Part shown: piece by piece, positions 42,426 to 57,482 of the stretch
How the letters are laid out: each line of letters begins with the position of its first letter
How positions within the stretch are numbered: the first letter of the stretch is position 1
Translations under genes and position numbers: made by a program
Source of the DNA: Paraspadella gotoi
Taxonomy: Eukaryota > Animalia > Chaetognatha
Length of the DNA stretch: 64,000 nucleotides
Direction: 5' to 3'
NCBI GenBank assembly: GCA_051294375.1
Contig: CM119263.1
Coordinates: 30,192,224-30,256,223 of the forward strand
Notes under the pieces: generated by a model
Seen by the model: the letters and a program-made list of their open reading frames with translations, nothing else
Told to the model about the DNA's origin: nothing
Database searches by the model: none

Positions 42426-45310
42426 GGCGGTCCCAACTTCGTCGGTATCGACAATCCCGCGTTTCGTTTCTCCACTGAATTCAATTCGGATCATAATCCT
42501 CGCTCCATAGACCACATAGACTCGAGAGATCGAATCAGACCACGACCTTTTCAATCCGAACGAAACTTATCCGACTCTACCAACCCTTACCTCGACTCTG
42601 TCAACCCTTACCTCCCTCGAAACGGTCCTTTGCAATCGGCTACAACAACAACGAAAACAACGACAACGCCGAGAAGCGAAGAGAGAAATCCAACTAAACT
42701 TTCGATCGTTGGGTTCGACGATGAAAGCGGAGAATATCTTCCCCCGAGTCCGAGCATCTCACTACCATCTTTGGGTGAGGCGTCGGGACAATTAAACTTA
42801 CCTTTTGAGACTTTGGGACGTATTGTATTTGCCAATGACCGTACATGACAAGTGTTCTTTTGCTTTTATGACTTTATCTGTCTCTACTCACCATTTTACT
42901 TACTTCTAAGTCGATACGTGATTTTAACTTTGAGGCACAAGATTCAGGCATCACTATAGTTCCTGTCTTCACAACCACTTAATGCCTTCTTCATCCCTCA
43001 ACACCCCAATCACGTCCTCACACGCAATTTTTGTAAGGCAAAGGGTCCTTCAACAGCCCCTTTTAAACGCCCTCCACTAAAATTCTCATCCAGGTAAAGG
43101 GTCCTTCAACAACCCCGTCGTCGTCGCATGCTCACGCAACGCCGTCGACGCGGATGACCTTCATCCCTTCGAGTTTTGGAGTTGGACGAAGATTCGTCGC
43201 GTCACTGTTGCTCTTTTGTTGGCGGCGTTCGTGGCGCTCCTGGCGGCCACCATTGCAATCATCGTTAGAGAGACGGGTACGCACGATCATGTATTACTAT
43301 ATTGTCGCGCCGCTCGTTAATTTTCTTATTGTAATCGCGACTTCCTTCAGGCGGATGCAAGAATCATCTTCATTGGTGGCAGGGAACCACCTTCTACGAA
43401 ATCAACGTCATGTCATTCAAAGATGGCGCTAGGTTAGTCATTTTAAACAAAATAAATATCCAGCGCGTAAAATTCCCCGCAACTTTTTAATTTTATCCTC
43501 TTCATAGATGAAGGAAACCTGTTAGTAAACTGGACTGTTAGAGCGTTTTGCATGGGCTCACTGTGTCATAATTATCTTACAATAGGAGTTAAGGCCATAA
43601 CAAGTCATATACTGCCAAAAGTCAGGGGCAGGATAGCTTATTCAATATTCAATGAATGAATAGATAGTTTTTGTTTTGGTTGTACCAATTTCATTGACAA
43701 AATTTGACAATAACGACGAATGAAAGGAAATTTTTAAATTGGTTGACCGGTATTGCCCAATTTAATGAAAGTAATTCTAGTAAAATAATCTAACATGTTT
43801 GTTTAAAAAAGAAAGGCTAATTTAGAGGGTCACCTATTCCACCCGCCCTTCCTCTTCTTCCCTCTCTTAGATCCGACGGGCGCGGCGACTTTGTCGGATT
43901 GGGTCACGAGTTGGCGTCGATCGAAAATCTCGGCGTCGACGTCGTGAGACTTAATTCCATCTTTGAGCGAGTCAGCGAATGGGAAGGAGAACCAGTCATT
44001 ACGGATTACGAGTGAGTGAGATATAATACATTAAATCATTAATTAATTAATCAGTTTATCAAATAATGTTTTACACGCAGAAAAATCTACGAAAGATTCG
44101 GCTCCACTAGCGATTTCGAAAAGTTGGTGAAACAAATTCACGATCGAGGAATGAAGATTATTCTCGATTTTCCAATCTTCACGAGCAGGTCGGGTTTATG
44201 GTCAGGGTCGGGGTACGGTAGAGTAGCTATGGGTTAGGGCAGGTCAAGTATAAGTCAGTTAAAAAAAATGATCACTCTGAAAACTAATTTCTAAGTCGGT
44301 TCATATTACTAATATGATATAATATTATTAGGTGATCAGTTAGCCTGTTAGGTGCTGCGTCGATTCGAAATTAAGGTAATTAAGGTAATTAAGGTAATTA
44401 CAATTTACAATTTAAAATAAACTGTTTTGTCACTGAGACTTGATTGAAAGCTTGTTATTATCTTATAAGAGTGAGGGAGACCTAAACCAGGCATAGCCTG
44501 TCCAAAGTCAGAAGCAACATAGTTTATTAATTGAATGAATGAGTAATTTTATGTATACAAAATTGGACAGGAACCACGATTGGTTTGGAAAAAGTCGAAA
44601 TCCGCGTCTCGCTGCGGAAATCGTGGAACAATACAGGGATTACTACTTGTGGTCCGACATTAAGGTATTACTATTAGCAAGGCTGTGGGCAAGGCTGTGG
44701 GCAAGGCTGTGGGAAAGCCTTTGCTGTGTGGAGTGTTGACTGTTGTGTGTGGAAAATATTTCAATCCTCCGTTCCATTCGTTTAGTATTTTTTTATTTAT
44801 TGATCAATTATCGTTCATTCATTCATTCGCTTAATCGTCGATTCATTTTTTCATTCTTTCCTTAATACATTCATCGGTTTAATTTCTAATTCATTTGTTT
44901 ATTCATCCGCTCGTTTTCTCATTTATTCATTTGTTCATCCGTTCATTTTTTCATTCATTCGTTCATTTTACTCATTCATTCATTTATTCATTCATTAATT
45001 TTTTCATTCGTTCGTTCATTCATTCGTTCATTCATTCGCTCATTCATAGGACGGATCGGACGGCGAAGACTGGATCTTCGATTCCATGAGAGGCCAAACT
45101 TTTTTCAGGCATCACGAGCCTTTGGATCAGGTGAGCAATAAGCGCATCATTTTTTAACACACTAAACATATTTGATTAAACTTTTATATAAATTCTCAGG
45201 CTTATTTGAATCTGGGTTCGTCGAATCTCAGAATCGAACTCGAGAGAATTTTTAAATTTTGGATTTCGCTCGGAGTTGATGGATTCTATCTACAGGGACT
45301 TCACAAGGTT

Positions 45311-45369
<59 letters not shown>

Positions 45370-47123
45370 CAGATTGATTGATTGATTGATTGACAGATTT
45401 TCCTCCCCCTTTCTTCCTCGTAAAGATCGGCGACCACTTCCACGACATCGACGTCCTCCAGTGGAGTCAAACTCTTCGTCAACTTCGTTCGACTCTCGAC
45501 TTCGACTCTGAAGAAAAAAATAGAATTCTCGTCGTCGATAAGAATTTTTATCGAGAGATGAAGTTGGTGGAGAAGACGTTGACGGAGGTGGGTTAAGTCA
45601 AGTCCAAATTAAGTCAAGTCAAAATTAAGTCAAGTCAAAATTAAGTAAAGTCAAAATCAAGTCAAGGCAAAATTAAGTCAAGTCAAAATTAAGTCAATTG
45701 AAAATCTAGTCAATTTGAAATCAAGTCAAGTCAAATTAGAATCATATCAGAATTATGTCGAAATAAAGAGAAAATGTCAGTCAAAACAAGTCAAATCGTA
45801 ATCATGTCAAAATAAAGTAAGGTTTGGCATAAAAAATTAATATTCAGTCAAGTCAAAATCACGTAACGTCATTTAATGTCAAAGTTAAGTAAAATTTTAT
45901 CGACAATTAGGTCAAGTCAAGTCAAAATTAAGTCAGATCGAATATAAGAATAATAATTATTTATCAAAATAAGGAGGATTTTCATAAAAAATTATTATTT
46001 TATTTCCTTTAATCTCTTTTCTGTTGTTGTTGTTGTCCTCAGCCTCTCCGCCCGGATTCCATTTTCGATCTTCTTCTGCAAGGAATTCGACTCTCGACGA
46101 ATTCCACTCAAGAGATGGCAAAGCAAATCGATGGCATCAGGAGAGAAGTGGTGAAAGAGAGGTGAGGAATGGCGAGCGAACACTGGCGCTGAAAGAGTGG
46201 CAAGGAATGGCAATACTATCTCCCCCGGCGTGCTATTACCCAATTAACCTAATAGCATCTTCCCCATCAAATTCAATGTAGCTTCTCCACCAGAGTACCA
46301 TTAACCTCCCAACCCATTGTTATCTACCACCAACGTGCTTAGACCTCTTTACCCAATAGTATCTCCCTCAGCGTGCCACTAACCACCTAACCCAATGCCA
46401 TTTGCCTTAACCAGCGTGCCATTCACCCTCTGGACATTGGGCGACGAGGATTCCTCCCGTCCTGCGACCGTCTATGGCGACGCCTTCCGTTCTGCTCTCA
46501 TCCTTCTTTTTGCGATGCAGGGATCGATCAACATCAGATATGGAGATGAGGTGATGGAGTTGACGGGGGACATTTGCTGGGGTTGCTATTTTTTGGAGGT
46601 TGACATTTTTTTTACAATCGTAAGAAATAAATATTGGAATGGAATTTAACCGAGTCGTTTTTTGTATAGTTCAAGGAAACAGGTCAACATCGCATAATAC
46701 TCTGACAGTGCCTTAAAGCAGTATACGAAAAAATTTAGAATATTATGGCAACAGCCGGGTTGCCTGTGATGCCCATTGGGATAGGGCATCTCACTGTTGA
46801 CTTGGGGGCTTACGACCCTCAGTGAGGCCGCCAGTCACTGGCGCGGTTACCCTAGGTTGGTCTCGCTTTGCCAACGGAGAGGGAAGTCGTTAGGACTGTG
46901 GATGGAACACTACGCCTGGGATGGTGTGTTCCCCCTCTGAGCCCACGGATTTGGCTGAAGGATGGTGGATGTGAGGCGGTGTGAATATACCGCCACAATA
47001 TCATCAATGTAATAATTTTAACAAAAATGTTCTTTAATTAAAATATTGGGTTTCAGGTGGAGATAAAAGACTTTGAAAGGCTTGGGACACATCATAGATC
47101 CATGGGCTTGATGCAGGTGACTT

Positions 47124-47166
<43 letters not shown>

Positions 47167-48900
47167 CAACTTCCTTCTCTCCCCTCAGTGGAACTCCGGA
47201 ACCAACGGCGGCTTCTCTTCAGCGGCTCCGTGGATTCCAGCCTCCAATGATCACGTGATCAGAAACGTGAAAGATGACATCGCGGACGAGAATTCCACTT
47301 TGAATCTCGTGAAGACGATAGCGGAGGAAAGGGAAGGGTAAGTTAAGGGTAAGGTACGGGGGTCTCTATTCCAAATGCGGCCTATTTCAATTTAAATTCA
47401 GAATTAGGCTTAATTTTAGGTTCGATAATTAGATTAGGGGTTAAGGATAAAGTTTAGGGATTGAATTAAACTTTTGGAAAAAAAATCAATCAATTCTAAA
47501 TTTAAGATAAAATGGGAGGTTCTGAAAAAATAAGGCTGTAATATCCTTCACCCCTTTATTCACAGCCATCGCGCCCTGCGAGCCACGAGTTTCCTGGTGA
47601 AGAACAAAGAGACTCTAGTTGTGACCAGAAATTCGACCCAAATGATTTTGAGCGAAGAAGAAAACTTTTTTGCAATGTTGAAGACTTACCCGAGGCAGAA
47701 CTCGTTTCTTGTGGTGATGAATACTGGTCAGGAGGAGACAACAAAGGTAAGACTTACCCAAAGCAAAACTTGTTTCTTGTGGTAATGAATACTGGTCAGG
47801 AAGAGATAACAAAGGTAAGACTTATCCGAGGAAGAACTCATTTCTTGTGGTGATGAATACTGGTCAGGAGGAGACATGAAGGTAAGACTTACCCGAGGCA
47901 GAACTCGTTTCTTGTGGTAATGAATACTGGTCAGGAGAGAGACAACGATGGTAAGACTTACCCGAGGCAGAACTTGTTTCTTGTGGTGATGAATACTGGT
48001 CAGGAGGAGACAACGAAGGTAAGACTTACAAAGCCAGAACTCGTTTCTTGTGGTGATGAATACTGGTCAGGAAAGATAACAAAGGTAAGACTTACCCGAG
48101 GCAGAACTCGTTTCTTGTGGTGATGAATACTGGTCAGGAAGAGATAACGAAGGTAAGACTTACCCAAGGCAGAACTTGTTTCTTGTGGTGATGAATACTG
48201 GTCAGGAGGAGACAATGAAGGTAAGACTTACGCGAGGCAGAACTTGTTTCTTGTGGTGACGAATACTGGTCAAGAGCAGACAACAAAAGTAAGGGACAGA
48301 ACAGACTTACCAAAGATTTATTTTAAGACGGAAGGGACAGAAAAAAACGAGTGCAGGGCGTAATGCTACTCCGGAATACAATAAAGTCTTCTCCGATATG
48401 ATACTTTATTATACGTACGATTGAAACCGTTTATGTATTTAAACAATATACCACTTCATTGAAAGGGAAGCCAGAAAAATTAGACATTTAGAGTCTCTAT
48501 TGAAAGCTTAAAGCGTCCTGCAAAGTTATTATTTTGTAAGAGAGGCATTGACCTTCCATGATTTCAACATTGGATCTTTTTTCTCGGCAGGATTTGTCTC
48601 CTCTGACTTGGATGGGTGAACTAGTCGCCTGCACTGATGGATTTCATCATCACGGACACGACGAAGATGAGAATGATCACGCGGGCGGCGTTAAGGGTGC
48701 GGAGGGGATGAGATGAGAAGACGTTAATGATAAGTCGAGATAATTATCTCAACCTCTTTGTCTCCACAGGTGACATGGTCAAATTGAATAGGATCTTCTT
48801 GAAGCCAAAAGAGTTGGAGTTGATTCGTCTTCCCAAGTCTCTCGTTATCAACAAGGAAATCATCAGAGACACAATCAAGAAAGGGAAAGGGGAGAGATGA
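41737..48900 (+). CDS. SLC3A1/SLC3A2-like heavy subunit (type II membrane, non-catalytic GH13 ectodomain)
   Basis: Exons 41737-41792, 42335-42774, 43094-43276, 43351-43432, 43871-44011, 44081-44188, 44571-44664, 45050-45130, 45200-45307, 45426-45587, further exons, and last exon 48770-48900. Motifs: W..IRR-TM-IIV, juxtamembrane Cys, WWQGTTFYEI...SFKD, DGRGDF.G, HDRGMKIILDF, GVDGFYLQG, IRYGDE, MQW. Confidence 0.88.
41991..42038 (+). ncRNA. Degenerate minimal type I hammerhead ribozyme motif (Penelope/retrozyme-like)
   Basis: CTGATGA-A-GACTC-loop-GAGTC-AAAA-CATGTC. The conserved GAAA reads AAAA and stem I is weak. Confidence 0.55.
42169..42260. repeat. Perfect 38-bp inverted repeat with 16-nt loop
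   Basis: attagagacagtttgagtttagttttgacaacgatttt and its exact reverse complement. Confidence 0.92.
45596..45945. repeat. Degenerate (AAGTC)/(AAAATTAAGTCAAGTC) satellite in an intron
   Basis: Repeated aagtcaagtcaaaatt units. Confidence 0.8.
46745..46997. other. GC-rich multi-hairpin intronic island (structured RNA or retroelement 5' UTR relic)
   Basis: Hairpins ggcaac/gttgcc, gatgccc/gggcatc, ctcactg/cagtgag, gccag/ctggc, gttgg/ccaac, ggaacac/gtgttcc and ggcggt/accgcc, set in AT-rich surroundings. Confidence 0.5.
47681..48293 (+). repeat. ~68-bp minisatellite, 9 copies, each with the exon 3' end plus a GTAAG donor
   Basis: Units aagacttacccgaggcagaactcgtttcttgtggtgatgaatactggtcaggaggagacaacaaaggt. 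Confidence 0.93.
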
Positions 48901-49444
48901 AAGACAAAAATTATTGATTTTTAAAAGATAAAACTATTAAAAAAAAATCTGAAAGAGTAATAATACTAAAAGCGTCATTTTTTGATCATCACAAAGTCAT
49001 CATTCATCAAATTACAAACCTGTCATTAAATATTGGAACGATAAAAGTCTTTGCCCATGTTAAAGCGTCGATTTTCGATTTATAAATTTGGACTTTTTTA
49101 TTTCATTTCTGATATTCATGAGTCATTATTTTATTAATATTTTTGTGAGAGTTTGAATACAATATCAATAAGCATCTCATGCCAATTCAACTGCAATAAA
49201 TATAGTTAATTCTACAACTATGTGCAACTTTATCCTTTTGTACAAATTTTTAATAAATTTGTTTTAAAAGAGTCGCTTTTTATTCTTTCTCTGCGTCGCT
49301 CGTTATTTTCTTAATCGTTTTTGTACTATTATAACGAAAGTATTAATTTGATGCTAATATAAAAATGCAATTTGTTGTTTTTCCTAAATAAATCCTTTCG
49401 TTTAAAAAAATTTCAGCTGCTCTTAAGTATTAATTTAGCTAAAT

Positions 49445-49650
49445 CCACTTTGCATCTGACCTGCACCCGCCAAAACTGACCTGGCATGACCACAATCCAG
49501 GTGTGGCACCATCCACCTTGTATCTGCCCTGCACCCACCCAAACTGACCTGGCTTGACCACAATCCAGGTGTTGTCACCATCCACTTTGCATCTGCCCTG
49601 CACCCGCCCAAACTGACCTGGCTTGACCACAATCAAGGTGTTGGCGCCGT
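49445..49650 (-). repeat. ~69-bp minisatellite, 3 copies, each with the Ig exon end plus a GTCAGT donor
   Basis: Minus-strand units ...gattgtggtcaagccag|gtcagtttgggcgggtgcagggcagatgcaaagtgga. Confidence 0.88.
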
Positions 49651-51572
49651 CCACCAAGTCCACTTCGCATCTATAGCTTCCCGAGTCGTTGAAGTTAAGA
49701 TTTGTGATGAGCAAAGATGCGAGACCCACGATGTGAGATCTGGAGCCGAGGGAAGACGATTGGTGAATCTGATGGGAAAAGATGAGCAAAGTGGTGACAT
49801 TAAGGGGTCACTTATGTAGAGTCTTGAGTGATAACTTAAAAGATGAGCAAAGTGGTGACATTAAGGGGTCACTTATGTAGAGTCTTGAGTGATAACTTAA
49901 AAGATGAGCAAAGTGGTGACATTAAGGGGTCACTTATGGAGAGTCTTGAGTGATAGCTTAAAAGATGAGCAAAGTGGTGACATTAAGGGGTCACTTATGG
50001 AGAGTCTTGAGTGATAACTTAAAAGATGAGCAAAGTGGTGACATTAAAGGGTCACTTATGTAGAGTCTTGAGTGATAACTTAAAAGATGAGCAAAGTGGT
50101 GACATTAAGGAGTTACTTATGTAGAGTCTTGAGTGATAGCTTAAAAGATGAGCAAAGTGGTGACATTAAGGGGTCACTTATGTAGAGTCTTGAGTGATAA
50201 CTTAAAAGGGACATGCTATAATTGGTACGACCAATATAAAAATTATCCATTCATTTAATAAATAAGCTATCTTGCCCCTGACTTTGGACAGGCTTTGGTG
50301 GTTTAAGGCCTAAATCACTCTTACAAGATAATGACATAGCAGGTCCATGCAAGCTTTCTGTCTAGACTCTCTCACAGTCTTATATGTTATTATTTTGTAA
50401 GAGGAATAGAGGCCATTGCCTGTCAAAATTCTCGATCAGGATATCTAATTTATTAAATGAAAGGATAAGTTTTATATTGGTGGTACCAATTTCAGATGGG
50501 AAGACAGGAAAGGAGAGAGGTACGGAGGAGAGAGTTAAATGGCAACTGCCTTTCTCGAAGAGATAATGGGGTAACTTTATGGTACGAAGGAAAGTGGATA
50601 GAATTATTTAATAAGGGGACCCTTGGAGACAAATAACGATTGGGAACTTATGGGGACAGAAAGTGGGTTATAACGATCGGTTTGAGAGGGAATGAGTTAA
50701 GGAGACAAGAAAAAACTCAATTAGCCATTACGATAAATGTGATTAAATTTAAAATTCCAAATTCCAAAGTTAGGTTAAAACCGAGATTCTCGTTAATCCC
50801 GTTTTCGTTATCCCGAACCTGAGTTCCGTTTTTGTATCTCACGACGACAGGTGTTCTGATTCTCGATTTCAAGTCTCGGTACCAAACGAGTAACGCTGGT
50901 TCATCGGATCGATAGGTGCAGTTGACAAGAAGATCTTCGCCCTCGAAACCTGAAAATAATCGCGTTTGCGGTTTGTTGTCAAAATTGACAGAAATTCTAT
51001 TTCGTCAAATCGTTATTAAACGTTGCTCGACTAAATTTGTCGTTTGATCGTTTAAAGTAATTAATCTATTTATTGAAATACTTTTTTATTAATAGATAGT
51101 TTTCATAATATTGATCTTTCGTTGCAATACACATTACAAATCTTTCTGTGAAATGTTTATGTACAATATGAAATTGGTGCAGCCAATATAAAATTCATTC
51201 ATTCATTCAATAAATGATTTATCTTTAAGTTTTGACGAATTAAGGCTACAAGATGATCACTTTGTAACACCCTGTAAGCTTTCATTAAGGATTTATTTGT
51301 GGCATCATTATCTATTTGTATTTTGACAGACTACTAACTATAAAGTTCATGTATATAAAGTTATAATTTTATTTTGCATTGCGTTGATTTTGTTTCAATA
51401 GAACTACTATAATTTTTTAGATAAACTTACTAATTGTAACAATTTCAATTCGTAACTTACCCTCGTTCTTCGGCGAAACTTGGACGAATCTTTCGAACGA
51501 AACTGAATCCGCGAATTTTATGATAAAAACGAGAAGGAAAATCGCAAATTCTATGACACTGATAAAATCCAT
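49618..51572 (-). CDS. Signal peptide plus single V-set immunoglobulin domain protein (3' end uncertain)
   Basis: Exons 51572-51461 (MDFISVIEFAIFLLVFIIKFADS...), 50949-50819 (GEDLLVNCTY...VWYR) and 49768-49618 (ASLLITNLNFNDSGSYRCEV) are in phase. A short last exon is possible near 49383-49345. Confidence 0.8.
49777..50207 (-). repeat. ~61-bp minisatellite, 7 copies, abutting the Ig exon 3 splice acceptor
   Basis: Units aaaagatgagcaaagtggtgacattaaggggtcacttatgtagagtcttgagtgataactt on the + strand. Confidence 0.93.
50220..50491. mobile_element. Full-length MITE (~272 bp) with ~47-bp TIRs
   Basis: aattggtacgaccaatataaaaattatccattcatttaataaat ... atttattaaatgaaaggataagttttatattggtggtaccaatt. 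Related pieces at 2927, ~43550-43690, ~44436-44540, ~51172 and ~63660-63735. Confidence 0.78.
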
Positions 51573-51702
51573 GACAACGACGAATATGACGATGACAGCG
51601 ATGACGACGATGACGACGATGACGACGATGATGATGTGATTTCACTCAATCGAATCTCTTGCGAAAAGCGACATAATCCGAAGGAAAAATGTTTGAGATG
51701 CT

Positions 51703-51764
<62 letters not shown>

Positions 51765-52078
51765 ACGAGGTAACGATCGATTTTGTCGCGTTTGAGAGAA
51801 GAATGTCGTGATGTTTAGAGGGAGACAGAGACAGACAGCGAACGGGACGGAGAGAGAGAGGCAGAGACAGAGTCAGAAATAGAGAGAGACAGAGACTTTT
51901 GGAGACAAACGGGACAGAAGCACATATTTTATATAAGGAATTTCGTATAATAAAAAATAAAAAAAATTTGTGAGAAAATCTTATCAGTCAATCACAGTCG
52001 GTCAGTTAATCTCTTTTGGGAGAAAAGTCCTTGAAAGGTTTTATGGATTTATGACCTTGAAAAAAGAAACAAAAAATT

Positions 52079-52124
<46 letters not shown>

Positions 52125-52233
52125 TATATAGAATATAGAGAGAGAGAGAGAGAGAGATATATTATATATATTATATATATATATATATATAGGGAGAGAG
52201 AGAGAGAGGAAGAGAGGAGAAGAGAGAAGAGAG

Positions 52234-52285
<52 letters not shown>

Positions 52286-52578
52286 GGTAGAGAGAGAGAG
52301 AGATAGCGTGATAGTGAGTAAAAATGAAAATCGCAAGAAATTACTTTTCCTTCACGAATCAGGGAGACGATGGGTGCAAAAACGAACAAATGCTATAGAT
52401 GCGAACAGAAAAAGTACAACTTATCCCAACAGTAAGGAACAAAACTGCCAAAGATGCAAACAGAAACGAACAAAGGAAGGAAAACATATTTAAATATCTA
52501 AAATTCTGCTCCTTAGTCAAAAATACGACTATGATGACGACGCCAACGAAGACGATGAAGTTTGGGACGAAACTTAAA

Positions 52579-52646
<68 letters not shown>

Positions 52647-53380
52647 AAACAATCGATTATGTTTTGCTTTCCTCGTGACTCATGTTTTCAAAAAAAAATC
52701 TCTTTCCTTTTTGTGGATGGACTGAGGTTATTGATTTTTTGATTGACTGAGTGATTGTCTTATTGATTGACTGAGTGATTGACTTATTGATTGACTGAGT
52801 GATTGACATAATGATTTGCTGACTGGATCATTTGTTAAGTGATTGATAATAGATGTATTCCAGTACGACAATTAACAAACAGGGTACACGGAAATCTAAA
52901 TATGAATATATCCGTAAGTACAAATTCTCGTGAGAATCAAACCAGGTGAAGATAATTTGAGTCAGACTCACAATTTCTCACATCATTCTGTCACGCAATC
53001 CTGAAATATGGCGTCGATTAGGAAGACAATAAAGTGTGGCTTTTTCCATTTATTTTTATTTTATCTATTTACTAACGAGATAAACTGTTACAAAAGTAAT
53101 AAGCCGTTTTGACAGGACAAAATAAATGTTTGTCAATTACAGAAATGAAAAATAAAAAAAGTTTTTTTTCAGAAGAGAATAGATCTACATATCAATATTA
53201 AAATATATTCTAAACTTATATTTGATATTTATAACGATTATTTAGTAAAATATTTAAAAAAAGAACCACCCTATCGGTGAATCGAGCTTTTATCAACTCG
53301 CACTAAAACCTTACTCACACTCGCTCCTTTCTATTTCCCCAACCTGTACTCATCTTCGACGACAACAACGACAACAAAAA

Positions 53381-56138
<2,758 letters not shown>

Positions 56139-56312
56139 TCTTGGTACAATAACTAATTATTGTTTTTTAAATTCAAAAGCTTAAATAAAACTACCGAGTT
56201 GGTTACTTGTAGTAGAAAGAGAGTTTCTTAACTTATCAACTTTTAAGTTTCGATTTGTGACGACAACAATCAACTTCATATGAAAAAAATAAGTTGTTTT
56301 TTGTCTTCTTCA

Positions 56313-56373
<61 letters not shown>

Positions 56374-57482
56374 GCTGTCTTGATTGACTCTAATCGATTG
56401 GTTGTCTTAAATATCGTAATTAAGTCCAACTTGTTATATTACAAACAATTTCAATTTGCCAATTGTTTTTGTTTCCAGTGAATAACAAATTGGTTTTTTT
56501 AGTCTTTGATGCCGGAATACTGAAAGTTAAAATCGAATATTTAGCCATAAAGTTGAAAGAATTTGTGAGTGTGTCAATTTTTAGTCGCGGAACTAATAAT
56601 TAAATTAAAATAAACACAAACAGAGTCAAAACCATTACAAAATTTTCTTAACTGTTCTCGCGTTAACTTTCACACCCGTCACAATGTTATGTATCAACCT
56701 GTTTAGTGTAATATATATGTTTACTAAAGATTACTGAGAATAAACGATGAATAAAGAAAACAGACAAACTTTGAATCGAATTTGAATTTATACTCAAAGG
56801 AACAAGTTGACAATGTTTACGACGTAATCATAAGTATTGAAGCAAAGTCATTATCATCAATGATTACATGAATGAAAACAAAAACACCGAAAATAAATAA
56901 ATAATGAGATTGCAAACAAAGAGACGTTTAATCAACACAAAACAAATTAATTGAGATTCTTTTTCTTCTTTAAGTTTCGCGTTTTGTTTGTTTATTTATT
57001 TTTCAAAATTGTATTTCGAGTTTCGAAAATCTTTTTTTTTTCCACTTTTTTTTCTTGTGAACCGAGTTTTTCTTATTATTTTTTTTTAAAAACTTCTTTT
57101 CCTCTCTCCATCTTCATACATCGACTTTTCTATCTATACATTTGCTCTTCTAATTCCTAATTTCAATCCCTTCACCCATGCCTCCCTCCGCTTTACCTCT
57201 CTCACTCTCTCCGCTCTACCTCCCTCACTCCATCCGCTCCTCCCTCCCTCACTCCNNNNNNNNNNNNNNNNNNNNNNNNNNNNNNNNNNNNNNNNNNNNN
57301 NNNNNNNNNNNNNNNNNNNNNNNNNNNNNNNNNNNNNNNNNNNNNNNNNNNNNNNNNNNNNNNNNNNNNNNNNNNNNNNNNNNNNNNNNNNNNNNNNNNN
57401 NNNNNNNNNNNNNNNNNNNNNNNNNNNNNNNNNNNNNNNNNNNNNNNNNNNNNNNNNNNNNNNNNNNNNNNNNNNNNNNNNN

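Noticed and set aside
46840-46860. Telomerase RNA template (ggttaccctagg)
   Set aside because: Does not match CTAACCCTAA, and no pseudoknot or CR4/5 was recognisable.
47681-50207. CRISPR-like arrays
   Set aside because: Head-to-tail repeats with no unique spacers, no cas genes and a eukaryotic intronic context.
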